Source: Bacilli bacterium | Lineage (GTDB): Bacteria > Bacillota_I > Bacilli_A > RFN20 > CAG-826 | Direction: 5' to 3' | DNA length: 64,000 nucleotides | Assembly (NCBI GenBank): GCA_050952805.1 | Contig: JBMNLM010000001.1 | Span: 397,713 to 461,712, forward strand | Shown here: piece after piece, positions 25,200-34,168 of the stretch | Layout: each line of letters begins with the position of its first letter | How positions within the stretch are numbered: position 1 is the stretch's first letter | Position numbers and translations under genes: made by a program | Notes under the pieces: model-generated | What the model saw: the letters and a program-made list of their open reading frames with translations, nothing else | What the model was told of the DNA's origin: nothing | Database searches by the model: none

Positions 25200-26600
25200 T
25201 TATCCAACTATTGTCTTAACGACAAAATAGGCGACATATAGACCTGCTAGGACGTATAAAGTTACGGAAATTTCTTTACCTCTTCTACTAATTAACATTG
25301 CAACGCAGTAGAAAATTAATCCGATTCCAAGACCATCACTAATCGAATAGGTAAGAACGATTAAAAGGAAGGTAACAAAGGCGGTAAAGGCAACAATGCG
25401 GTCTTCCCAGTTTATTTCTTTTAAGTTCGCGGCAAACATTGAAGCGCCAACAGAAACTAGGGCCGCACTTAAGACTGCGGGCGAGTTAAATACTGTAAAG
25501 ACAGGGAAAATGAGTGCACTAAGTAAGAAAAGTGTCCCTGCAGTAACGGCGACAACACCAGTTTTTGCGCCTAATTCAACAGCGACGTTACTTTCTGCAA
25601 ATGATGTAACTGTTGAAGTTCCAATTGGCGCACAAACAGCGGCACCAACTGCATCAGCTAAAACAGCACGTTTTCCGTCTACTAAATTACCATCTTCATC
25701 AACGACACCAGCACCTTTTCCAACTGCTAAAAGCGTTGCCGTTGTATCAATCATGTTTACAAAAATAAGCGAGAAAATAAAAGCATAAGTTGATGGATTA
25801 CTTAAAGCCGTAACCCAGTCATCACCATTTTTAAAGATACCAAAAATAACTTTATCTAATCCTTGGCCACCCCACTTTGCGTTCGTGTCATAGTGAGGAA
25901 GAGCAAGGTTATCGGGAAAGAAGGCATAATGAAGGATTACGCCTACGATTACCGTAGCGACTAACCCAATAGGAATTGCAAATTGTTGAACTTTTTTGTT
26001 TGGAATAAACATTAAGCCTAAAACAACAATAACGGCAATTAAACTAAGTAAAACTTCGGGTTGACCTAAGTCCCCTAAAGCAACTAATGTACTTGGATTT
26101 GCAGTAATTAAACCACTATTTTTTAAGCCAACAAAGGCAATAAACCCGCCTAAACCGGCACTTAATATCCTTTTTACGTCATTTGGTATAGCGTTAATTA
26201 TTTTTACCCTTAAGGGAGTAAGTGTAATAAGAAGATAAATTACACCTGCAAGAAACATAACAATTAATGCTGCTTGCCAGCTTCCTAGTGCCCCATAAAT
26301 TACATCAGCAAGATAGGCGTTAACGCCCATCCCGGCACTTAATACAATTGGGAAATTGCCATATAGTCCCATAAAGATACTTATGACACCACTAACAATT
26401 GCGGTTGCAACAAAGACGCCATCAGGATCCATGCCCATATCGCTTAAAATTGAAGCGTTTAGGGGAAGGATATAAATCATAGCGATAAATGTTACTAATC
26501 CCCCAAGAATTTCTGTACTTAATTTGGAACCACGAGCTTTAATTTTAAAGAAGTCGTTAAAACGACGCTTCTTTTGTGTGGGTTCTAGATTATTTTCCAT
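25200..26600 (-). CDS. NCS2-family nucleobase permease (AzgA-like guanine/hypoxanthine or xanthine/uracil permease)
   Basis: 466 aa with about 13 TM. The LSTEILGGLVTFIAMIYILPLNASIL N-terminal region is typical of AzgA/PbuG-type permeases. Confidence 0.75.
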   Translation of the reverse strand: MENNLEPTQKKRRFNDFFKIKARGSKLSTEILGGLVTFIAMIYILPLNASILSDMGMDPDGVFVATAIVSGVISIFMGLYGNFPIVLSAGMGVNAYLADVIYGALGSWQAALIVMFLAGVIYLLITLTPLRVKIINAIPNDVKRILSAGLGGFIAFVGLKNSGLITANPSTLVALGDLGQPEVLLSLIAVIVVLGLMFIPNKKVQQFAIPIGLVATVIVGVILHYAFFPDNLALPHYDTNAKWGGQGLDKVIFGIFKNGDDWVTALSNPSTYAFIFSLIFVNMIDTTATLLAVGKGAGVVDEDGNLVDGKRAVLADAVGAAVCAPIGTSTVTSFAESNVAVELGAKTGVVAVTAGTLFLLSALIFPVFTVFNSPAVLSAALVSVGASMFAANLKEINWEDRIVAFTAFVTFLLIVLTYSISDGLGIGLIFYCVAMLISRRGKEISVTLYVLAGLYVAYFVVKTIVG

Positions 26601-26684
26601 ATGTTAACCTCATATATCTATTGCTAATAGTATACATTATTTATAATAAATAATCGTTATATTTTTGCCGTTAAGTATTTTTAC

Positions 26685-26713
26685 TTGACACTATATAGTA
26701 AAGCAATTAAAAT
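26685..26713 (+). promoter_or_regulatory. Sigma-A-type promoter of rpsP
   Basis: -35 TTGACA at 26685-26690, a 17-nt spacer and -10 TAAAAT at 26708-26713. RBS AGGAGG at 26725-26730. Confidence 0.6.
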
Positions 26714-26735
26714 AACTAGCGAACAGGAGGAAATT

Positions 26736-27020
26736 ATGGCCGTTAAACTACGTCTTACTCGCATTGGCCGCACCCACGAACCTTACTATCGTATCGTTGC
26801 TGCCGATAGTCGCTATAGCCGTGATGGACGTTTCATTGAACAAATTGGTACTTATAACCCACGTAAAGACCTTAAAGAAGCTGTCGTAGATCGCGAAGCT
26901 GCCTTAAAATGGTTACAAAATGGGGCTCAACCAAGTGAAACTGTTCGAGCAATCTTTAATCGTCACGGTATTATGGAAGAATTTCACAACTTAAAACTTC
27001 AAGCAAAAAAGGATAAGTAA
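26736..27020 (+). CDS. rpsP: 30S ribosomal protein S16
   Basis: [35 protein letters not shown] is a canonical S16 N-terminus. The longer ORF-track start at 26685 lies inside the promoter. Confidence 0.9.
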   Translation: MAVKLRLTRIGRTHEPYYRIVAADSRYSRDGRFIEQIGTYNPRKDLKEAVVDREAALKWLQNGAQPSETVRAIFNRHGIMEEFHNLKLQAKKDK

Positions 27021-27022
27021 AC

Positions 27023-27289
27023 ATGGGAAAATATGAAAATATTGTTCGCCAAATTGTTGAACCACTCGTCCAAAACAAAGACGCCCTCTTAATTCGCGAA
27101 GTCGATCGCCCAGAAGAAAACTCGTTAACTGTAGTCGTCTATGGTGAAAAAAACGATATCGCTGTCTTAATTGGGAAAAAAGGTAAAATCGCGAACGCTA
27201 TCCGTGAAGTTGTCTCAATTGCTGGACGCCTTGATGATAAGCGCGTATTTGTGAAATTTGAATCCTTTGAAGACGCAAAGGAAAACTAA
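27023..27289 (+). CDS. KH-domain RNA-binding protein (YlqC/UPF0109 family)
   Basis: 88 aa with the GKKGKIANAIREV KH motif. Conserved position between rpsP and rimM. Confidence 0.75.
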   Translation: MGKYENIVRQIVEPLVQNKDALLIREVDRPEENSLTVVVYGEKNDIAVLIGKKGKIANAIREVVSIAGRLDDKRVFVKFESFEDAKEN

Positions 27290-27311
27290 AAGCTGGCAAC
27301 AGCTTTTTTTT
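27288..27311 (+). terminator. Rho-independent terminator after the rpsP-ylqC pair
   Basis: Hairpin AAAGCTG-GCAA-CAGCTTT followed by TTTTTTT. Confidence 0.6.
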
Positions 27312-27332
27312 AAAATTTCACAGTTTTAAATT

Positions 27333-27347
27333 TGTTATAATTTAGAT
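27333..27347 (+). promoter_or_regulatory. Extended -10 promoter (TGTTATAAT) abutting the rimM start codon, giving a putative leaderless transcript
   Basis: TG at 27333-27334 and TATAAT at 27336-27341. ATG at 27348, only 6 nt downstream. No SD is possible. Confidence 0.35.
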
Positions 27348-27863
27348 ATGAAAAACGAATATATAAAGGTAGGAAATGTCGTTGATACTTTTTCATTAAA
27401 TGGGTCGTTAATCATTTATCCAACGACCGATTTTCCTCTTGAACGTTTTAAAATAGGAAACGAGCTTTTCTTATATAACCACGACAAAAATGATGTCTTA
27501 ACCGTGCAAATTGCAGGTGTTTCTTCAAAAAGCCCTTATTTAATAGTTAAATTCAAAGAACTGAATTCAATTTCAGAAGCCGAGCAATATCTTAAATATG
27601 AACTAGTTATTAATCGCGAAGAAGCAAGTCTTGACTCAGGCTATTTTTTTGAAAGTGATGTCTTAAATTTAGATGTCTTTACTGATAACGATATTTATGT
27701 TGGGAAAGTAGTAAAAATTGAAGAATACGGACCTTATAAAACATTAAGAGTCAAAAGAAAAGGTAAAAATGATGTCTTAATTCCTTATGTTGAGCAATTT
27801 ATCGAAGAAACTAACCTAAAAGAAAAGAAAATTATTATTAAACCAATCGAGGGACTATTATGA
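27348..27863 (+). CDS. rimM: 16S rRNA processing protein RimM
   Basis: 171 aa with RimM N-terminal beta-barrel and PRC barrel. rimM-trmD overlap of 4 nt. Confidence 0.85.
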   Translation: MKNEYIKVGNVVDTFSLNGSLIIYPTTDFPLERFKIGNELFLYNHDKNDVLTVQIAGVSSKSPYLIVKFKELNSISEAEQYLKYELVINREEASLDSGYFFESDVLNLDVFTDNDIYVGKVVKIEEYGPYKTLRVKRKGKNDVLIPYVEQFIEETNLKEKKIIIKPIEGLL

Positions 27864-28621
27864 AAATAACAATTCTTACCTTGTTCCCTGAAATGTTTAC
27901 AGGAATATTAGAAAATTCGATAATTAAGCGCGCAATTGCAAAAAACGTCGTTGAAATCGAACTTTTAAACATTCGCGATTTTACTAAAGATAAATATAAT
28001 CGCGTTGATACTCCTCCAATTGGTGGTGGCGCAGGATTAGTCTTAAAAGCTCAGCCAATTGTTGATGCACTACGTAGCATTGAAGATGGTCATAAGATTC
28101 TTCTTTCACCACGCGGAAAACAATTTAAGCAAGAAAATGCAGAGTTATATTCGCAAAAAGACCATATAATTCTAATTTGCGGTCACTATGAAGGTGTTGA
28201 TGAGCGCGTAAATAATTACGTAGATGAACTTGTTTCAATTGGTGATTATGTTCTAACCGGGGGAGAAATTGCTGCGATGGCAATTACAGACTCAATCGTT
28301 CGACTTCTTGATGGAGCAATTGATAGTGAATCTCTTAAAGAAGAAAGTTTTACTTCTAACCTTCTTGAGTATCCGCAATATACAGAACCTTATGATTTTG
28401 AAGGATTAAAGGTTCCATTAATTTTGTATTCAGGAAATCATAAAGCAATTAATAAGTGGCGTCATAAACAAGCTCTTCTTTTAACTAAAGAACACCGCCC
28501 AGATTTATTTGATTTAAGAAAACTAACAAAAGAAGAAAAACACCTTCTAAGTGAAGGCGATAATCCTGATTGGCTTATAGAAGCAATCGAAAATAGTAAG
28601 AAATTTACTGATAAAAATTAA
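27860..28621 (+). CDS. trmD: tRNA (guanine37-N1)-methyltransferase
   Basis: MKITILTLFPEMF N-terminus and the SPOUT knot region GGGAGLVLK...YVLTGGEIAA. Confidence 0.9.
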   Translation: MKITILTLFPEMFTGILENSIIKRAIAKNVVEIELLNIRDFTKDKYNRVDTPPIGGGAGLVLKAQPIVDALRSIEDGHKILLSPRGKQFKQENAELYSQKDHIILICGHYEGVDERVNNYVDELVSIGDYVLTGGEIAAMAITDSIVRLLDGAIDSESLKEESFTSNLLEYPQYTEPYDFEGLKVPLILYSGNHKAINKWRHKQALLLTKEHRPDLFDLRKLTKEEKHLLSEGDNPDWLIEAIENSKKFTDKN

Positions 28622-29955
28622 AAAGGCATTCCACCTGGCGGCATCTTGCCGCTTTTTTTGTATTGTTGCATTTGCTTCATCATTTGTTGCATTTGATCAT
28701 ATTTCTTTAAAACGCGATTAATATCAGCATTCGTTGTTCCACTTCCCTTAGCAATTCGTTGTTTGCGGGAATTTTTAATAATTTTTGGATTCGCACGTTC
28801 TTCTGGTGTCATTGAGTTAATTATTGTTTCAAAGTTTTTAATTTCTTTTTCTGCTAGAGCTTGTTGTTCAGGTGTAATTTTTGGTGCGCCAGGAATTAAT
28901 TTTAATAGACCACCAAGAGAGCCAAGTTTTCTAACTTGTTTTAGTTGATCCATCATATCGTCTAAAGTAAATGTGCCTTCCATAAACTTATTAGCTGATT
29001 TTCGCATTTCTTTTTCATCAAGGTTTTCTTGTGCTTTTTCTACTAGAGTTAAAATATCGCCCATCCCAAGAATTCTATCTGCCATTCGTTCAGGATAGAA
29101 AATGTCAAGGTCTTCCATCTTTTCGCCAACACCAGCAAATTTAATTGGAACTCCCGTTAAATAACGAATTGAAAGCGCTGCTCCTCCACGAGCATCACTA
29201 TCAAGTTTTGACATAATTGCACCAGTTAAATCTAGACGCTTATCAAAGCCTAAAGCCGTATTAACAGCATCTTGACCACTCATAGCATCAACTAAAAGTA
29301 ATATTTCATCAGGGTTAATTGCTTCGCGAATAAAAACGAGCTCATCCATTAATTCGTCATCAATTGTAAGACGACCCGCAGTATCAATAATTAAAACATC
29401 ATATTTATCGTAATATGCTTTTTCTTTGGCAACTCTAGCAATTTCTACAGGATCAGCATCCGTTCCAAGGTTAACAATATCTACACCAACTTCTTTTGCA
29501 ATCGTTTCAAGTTGATCTATAGCTGCGGGACGATAAACGTCTGCTGCGGCTAATAAAACTTTTTTATTTAATTTATTCTTTAATAAATATGCAAGTTTTC
29601 CTGCTGTAGTAGTTTTTCCTGTACCTTGAAGACCAACTAACATAATAATCGTTGGTTTGTTTTTGTTATAGATTATTTCATTGTCATCACTACCAAGAAG
29701 GGCGACAAGTTCATCTTTAACAATTTTTACAACCATTTGCGAAGGATTTAATTCATCAAATACTTTTTCGCCAATTGCTTTTTCTCTAATATTATCAACG
29801 AAATTTTTAACAACTTTATAATTAACGTCAGCTTCAAAAAGAGCAATGCGAATTTCTTGAAGCATTTCTTCCATATTTTTTTCTGTTAATCGTGATTGAC
29901 CTTTAAGTTTTTTAAGAATCTTTGAAAATTTATCTGTCAGTGCTTCAAATGCCAT
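28618..29955 (-). CDS. ffh: Signal recognition particle protein Ffh
   Basis: MAFEALTDKF start at 29953-29955 with RBS GGAGAG. GTPase motifs GLQGTGKTTT and DTAGR. Methionine-rich M-domain at the C-terminus. Confidence 0.9.
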   Translation of the reverse strand: MAFEALTDKFSKILKKLKGQSRLTEKNMEEMLQEIRIALFEADVNYKVVKNFVDNIREKAIGEKVFDELNPSQMVVKIVKDELVALLGSDDNEIIYNKNKPTIIMLVGLQGTGKTTTAGKLAYLLKNKLNKKVLLAAADVYRPAAIDQLETIAKEVGVDIVNLGTDADPVEIARVAKEKAYYDKYDVLIIDTAGRLTIDDELMDELVFIREAINPDEILLLVDAMSGQDAVNTALGFDKRLDLTGAIMSKLDSDARGGAALSIRYLTGVPIKFAGVGEKMEDLDIFYPERMADRILGMGDILTLVEKAQENLDEKEMRKSANKFMEGTFTLDDMMDQLKQVRKLGSLGGLLKLIPGAPKITPEQQALAEKEIKNFETIINSMTPEERANPKIIKNSRKQRIAKGSGTTNADINRVLKKYDQMQQMMKQMQQYKKSGKMPPGGMPF

Positions 29956-30289
29956 ATTTCTCTCCTTCAATTAGTTCTTTTACAAGTTGTTTTTGATGTT
30001 CGTTTAAGTCGGTTTTTGCAAGGTTTTCTAAAAGAATAGTGCGATTTTGCGACTTTTTAGCTAATTGCAAAACGTCTTCGAATTTTTCTAAATGCGCTTC
30101 AGACTTACTTAGATTATCGCTAACTGCCGCTTTAGAAATTTTCAATGCATCCGCAATCTCTTGAAGCGATAAATCAAATTGATAATACATTTTAAAAACT
30201 TCTTGTTGCCGTTTTGTAAGTAATTTTCCATACATTGCAAACAAGCGGTTTAAGTAGACAAATCGTTCTAGGTTTTTTTCTAATTGCAT
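29945..30289 (-). CDS. ylxM: YlxM/UPF0122 family putative DNA-binding protein
   Basis: 114 aa with a sigma-70 region-4-like HTH (LSLQEIADALKISKAAVSD). Conserved position immediately upstream of ffh. Confidence 0.75.
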   Translation of the reverse strand: MQLEKNLERFVYLNRLFAMYGKLLTKRQQEVFKMYYQFDLSLQEIADALKISKAAVSDNLSKSEAHLEKFEDVLQLAKKSQNRTILLENLAKTDLNEHQKQLVKELIEGEKYGI

Positions 30290-30290
30290 A

Positions 30291-30587
30291 TTAAGTCCAA
30301 ATTAAATTGATAATAACAAGAAAGACAACGTTTATTAAAAATCGCGTAAATAGACGTCGATGAAAGTATTGATTTTTCCACACCCCATTAGGTGAGCGTT
30401 TAAATTCTTGATACGTAAAAATTAGGCTAATTACAAAACAAGATATAACAATTACTAACATCGATGCCCAAAGATAATTAACCGAGCCAACAGCAAATCC
30501 AATCGATGTTACGATTACTCGCGTTATATAAAAAACAGCAAGAGCTATTAAAAAACTAAGAAGACTAAACGTTATCATCATAATCAT
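30291..30587 (-). CDS. Small hydrophobic membrane protein (hypothetical)
   Basis: 98 aa with three predicted TM helices. It overlaps the ftsY 5' end by 23 nt. No homology was recognised. Confidence 0.3.
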   Translation of the reverse strand: MIMMITFSLLSFLIALAVFYITRVIVTSIGFAVGSVNYLWASMLVIVISCFVISLIFTYQEFKRSPNGVWKNQYFHRRLFTRFLINVVFLVIINLIWT

Positions 30588-31566
30588 CTCCTAAACATAA
30601 CCCATACAAATATTTTTCTAAGTCAAATTCCATGAGATCATCCATTTTTTCGCCTAAACCAATAAAACGAACAGGAACACCAATCTCATCTCTAATTGCA
30701 AGAATTATTCCGCCTTTACTCGTTCCATCCATTTTTGTAATGATGACACCAGTAAGTCCGGTCGCTTCTGCAAATGCTTTAGCCTGGATTACACCATTTT
30801 GACCAGTCGTAGCATCAATAATTAAGAAAACTTCATCAGGAGTTCCATCAATTACGCGGCCAATAACACGACGAATCTTACTTAGTTCATTCATTAAATG
30901 CATTTTTGATTGAACTCTTCCGGCGGTGTCAACAATAACTAAATCATAGTTTTCATTCTTTGCTTTTGTTACGCCATCAAAGGCGACACTTGCAGGATCT
31001 TGATTTTCTTTTCCCGAAATTATATCAACGCCGATTCTTTCCGCCCAGACTTCTAGTTGTTCAACAGCGCCAGCTCTAAATGTGTCGCCGGCAACTAAAA
31101 GAATGCGTTTTTGCTGCTTTTTATAGCGATGTGCAAGTTTTGCAATCGTTGTTGTTTTGCCAACGCCGTTAACGCCAACAATCAAAAGCACGGTTGGTCT
31201 TCCTTCAGCAAACGTAATTTCATTTTGAATATCTTCACCTTGTTGTAAGTATCCAATAAACATCTTATCAACGAGAATTTCATTAATTATTGTTGGATCA
31301 CTCGTTTGTCTATTAGCTGCTTCAAGTTTACTTGCTTCAATAATTTCAAATGCTAATTTAACACCGACATCAGCCTCAATTAAAATTTGAAGTAAACCTT
31401 CAAAATATTCTTCGTTTGCGACATCATATTTTTTCGAAAGGCCTTTTAAGCGTGATGAAAATTGTTTGCGGCTTTTACTCATGCCGACAACATATTTTTC
31501 ATTTACTGGATCAGTTTTCTTTTCCTTTTTTGAAAATTTCTTTTTTAATAAATTAATTAATCCCAA
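30565..31566 (-). CDS. ftsY: Signal recognition particle receptor FtsY
   Basis: GTPase motifs [10 protein letters not shown] and DTAGR. 333 aa. rnc-ftsY order. Confidence 0.9.
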   Translation of the reverse strand: MGLINLLKKKFSKKEKKTDPVNEKYVVGMSKSRKQFSSRLKGLSKKYDVANEEYFEGLLQILIEADVGVKLAFEIIEASKLEAANRQTSDPTIINEILVDKMFIGYLQQGEDIQNEITFAEGRPTVLLIVGVNGVGKTTTIAKLAHRYKKQQKRILLVAGDTFRAGAVEQLEVWAERIGVDIISGKENQDPASVAFDGVTKAKNENYDLVIVDTAGRVQSKMHLMNELSKIRRVIGRVIDGTPDEVFLIIDATTGQNGVIQAKAFAEATGLTGVIITKMDGTSKGGIILAIRDEIGVPVRFIGLGEKMDDLMEFDLEKYLYGLCLGDDYDDNV

Positions 31567-31567
31567 T

Positions 31568-32245
31568 TTAAATAGCCTTCTTTTCTAATGCGTGTCTTGC
31601 TGCTTCTTGTTCGGCAGCTTTTTTTGTTTTGCCTTCGCCTCTTCCTAAACATATATCGTCTAAATAAACTTCGACAGTAAATGTTTGGTCGTGGGCAGGT
31701 CCTTTTTGATCTACTAAAACATAGTGAACGGTCTCGCGTTTTTCTGCTTGAATCGCTTCTTGTAGTTCATTTTTATAATTTGTAGTGCGTTCAAAGCGAA
31801 ATCCCTTAATTGGAGGTAAGAAAATTTTCGCAAGAATATTTGTTGTTATTTCAAACCCTTGATCTAAATAAAGAGCACCCGCGAAAGCTTCAAAAACATC
31901 TTCATAAAATCTTTCGTTTTCAAGAGCTTCTTTTAAATTGATGCTTTCGCCAAATTTCATATATTTTTGAAATTCAAATTTCTTTGCAATTTTTGCTAGC
32001 GATGAAGCCTGAACGAGTTCGCTACGCATTTTTGTCATTTCCCCTTCGCTTAACTCTGGGTATTCATCATAAATAAATGCGGCGACAATTAGACCAATAA
32101 CAGCGTCCCCTAAAAACTCAAGACGTTCATAACTTATTGAATCATGATCAATATTACAACTTGAATGAGTAAAAGCCTGCTCAAAAAGAGCTTCATTTTG
32201 TGGGGTTATCCCTAATTTTGCAAATAAATCATTAAATTTACTCAT
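31568..32245 (-). CDS. rnc: Ribonuclease III
   Basis: RNase III signature ERLEFLGDAV and a C-terminal dsRBD. 225 aa. Confidence 0.9.
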   Translation of the reverse strand: MSKFNDLFAKLGITPQNEALFEQAFTHSSCNIDHDSISYERLEFLGDAVIGLIVAAFIYDEYPELSEGEMTKMRSELVQASSLAKIAKKFEFQKYMKFGESINLKEALENERFYEDVFEAFAGALYLDQGFEITTNILAKIFLPPIKGFRFERTTNYKNELQEAIQAEKRETVHYVLVDQKGPAHDQTFTVEVYLDDICLGRGEGKTKKAAEQEAARHALEKKAI

Positions 32246-33215
32246 TACTCATCCGTTCTTTAATTTTTGCAACGACGTCATTTTTTGCCATTTTATAAGC
32301 AACCTCAAGCGCACTTTCAAATGCATAGGCATTACTATTACCGTGAGCCTTAACAACAATTTTATTAATCCCAACTAGCATAGCGCCACCGACTTTTTTA
32401 TAGTCCATCGTTGTTTTAAGTTTATTAACTCCTTTTTTCGAAAACACATAACCGATTTTTGTCCAAAAGGAAGTTGTAAAAACATCTTTTAACATATTTC
32501 CAAAAGTTTTCGCGATTCCTTCGCTTGTCTTTAAGAAAATGTTACCCGTAAATCCATCACTAACGATAACATCAGCATCTTTTAACAAAGCATCTCTACC
32601 TTCGATGTTACCCATAAAATTGACTTCTTTATCATTTTTTAGAAGCTCGTAAGTTTCCACAAGCATTGGTGTACCTTTACCTTCTTCTGCACCGTTATTT
32701 AATAAATAAGTTTTTGGTTTTTCAGTATTAAACACGGCACTAGCGTAAATTTGCCCCATTTTTGCAAACTGTACGAGTTGCGAAGGCGTGTTTTCTGTGC
32801 TGGCACCAACATCAAGAACTGTTACAAAGCGACCTTCTACAGGTGTAGGAAAAGCCGTAACTAATGCAGCTCTTTCTACATTAGGAATTAGTTTTAACTT
32901 AATCGTAGCAGCACTTAAAAATGCACCAGTACTTCCGGCTGAAACAATTCCGTCAGCATCTAGCGTTGTTACTGCTTCAATTGCTTTATACATTGAACTA
33001 TCTTTAGCCCTCATTACATCAAGAGGTCCAGCGTTCATTGCTATAACATCATTTGCACTAATCTTAACAATATCTTCGCTTAGTCCAGCAAAAGCCGATT
33101 CTTTTCCAACTACTACAAGTTCTACATCTGGGTGATTTTTGTGAAAATCCATCACGCCTTTTGCAAGTTGTTCAGGTCCGTGATCACTACCCATTAAATC
33201 AATAACTAGTTTCAT
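32238..33215 (-). CDS. plsX: Phosphate:acyl-ACP acyltransferase PlsX
   Basis: MKLVIDLMGSDHGPE N-terminus typical of PlsX. 325 aa. Confidence 0.9.
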   Translation of the reverse strand: MKLVIDLMGSDHGPEQLAKGVMDFHKNHPDVELVVVGKESAFAGLSEDIVKISANDVIAMNAGPLDVMRAKDSSMYKAIEAVTTLDADGIVSAGSTGAFLSAATIKLKLIPNVERAALVTAFPTPVEGRFVTVLDVGASTENTPSQLVQFAKMGQIYASAVFNTEKPKTYLLNNGAEEGKGTPMLVETYELLKNDKEVNFMGNIEGRDALLKDADVIVSDGFTGNIFLKTSEGIAKTFGNMLKDVFTTSFWTKIGYVFSKKGVNKLKTTMDYKKVGGAMLVGINKIVVKAHGNSNAYAFESALEVAYKMAKNDVVAKIKERMSNE

Positions 33216-33222
33216 AAATTAC

Positions 33223-33975
33223 TTATTCATTCCTTTGAAAAAAGATTGATAAAAGTCTAAGTATACGAATATAAATCATTATTATCGTAATTAATAACGA
33301 AAACGATGCTACCCATTCGTATTTCTTATCTAATCCACTTTCGACGACTGCGTTAGCATAATCAAAGTCAAAAACAAACATTAAAGCTGAATAAACTAAG
33401 AATGCTAAAGCAATAAGAAAATAAACTCCTGGGGAAACAGCATTAGCACCCATTACAAAGACCGTTAAACTAACGATTAATGATGCAACTAGTGCCCCAA
33501 GAAGTAAGCTTGTCATAAATTTAAAAGTGAAAGCTCGGTTTCTAAACGTATTGTTTTTATAAAGTAAAAGCATAATAAAGAAAATAGCAACCGTTGATCC
33601 AACGGCAATTAAAACAATACCAGGAGCATATAACTCCATAACCGCGCTTAATACTCCAAGAGAAATACCTTGTGTAATCGCATAAACAAATGACATAACA
33701 TTTGCGGTTTTTGGAACAAACATTCCAACAAAACTTGCAATAAGTGCAAATATTCCACTAAGTCCAAATGCAATCCAAAGGGCGTTTGTCATTTCAACAG
33801 TTGGAGTTTCACCAACAACAGTAACTCTCATTCCTAATAGGACAGAAATAATTCCTGAAACAATTGTTACCGCAGTTAAAATAATTGTTTTAGTCGTAAT
33901 ACCAGCCATCGTGGCTCTATTTTCACTAACTGCTCTGTTTGCATATCTACCAAATACAGGGTTTCTATATCTCAT
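33223..33975 (-). CDS. Bax-inhibitor-1/YccA (TMBIM) family membrane protein, tentative
   Basis: 250 aa with 7 predicted TM helices. The C-terminal LLITIIMIYIRILRLL region resembles the BI-1 family C-terminal motif. Confidence 0.45.
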   Translation of the reverse strand: MRYRNPVFGRYANRAVSENRATMAGITTKTIILTAVTIVSGIISVLLGMRVTVVGETPTVEMTNALWIAFGLSGIFALIASFVGMFVPKTANVMSFVYAITQGISLGVLSAVMELYAPGIVLIAVGSTVAIFFIMLLLYKNNTFRNRAFTFKFMTSLLLGALVASLIVSLTVFVMGANAVSPGVYFLIALAFLVYSALMFVFDFDYANAVVESGLDKKYEWVASFSLLITIIMIYIRILRLLSIFFQRNE

Positions 33976-34037
33976 ATTTTCACCTCCATCGCAACATATA
34001 TAATATATTATTTATATTAAATTACCTAACATAACAC

Positions 34038-34066
34038 AAAAAAAATAAGGATTAACCTTATTTTTT
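34038..34066. terminator. Bidirectional hairpin terminator downstream of fakA
   Basis: AATAAGG-ATTAA-CCTTATT flanked by an A-run and a T-run. Confidence 0.45.
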
Positions 34067-34168
34067 GTTATGTTTTGACTAGTGAATAAGCAATTTGACC
34101 TTGATTTTGCAAGGTTTCGCCTGCAAATTCACACTATTTTTATAAATTTGGTTTTGATGAGATTTAGA

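Noticed and set aside
34076-34168. Overlapping alternative hairpins (ACCTTG/CAAGGT and GCAAGG.../CTGCAA) as a riboswitch or attenuator for the BI-1-like gene
   Set aside because: Short AT-rich stems with no recognisable conserved motif or downstream terminator. They are insufficient to call a regulatory RNA.
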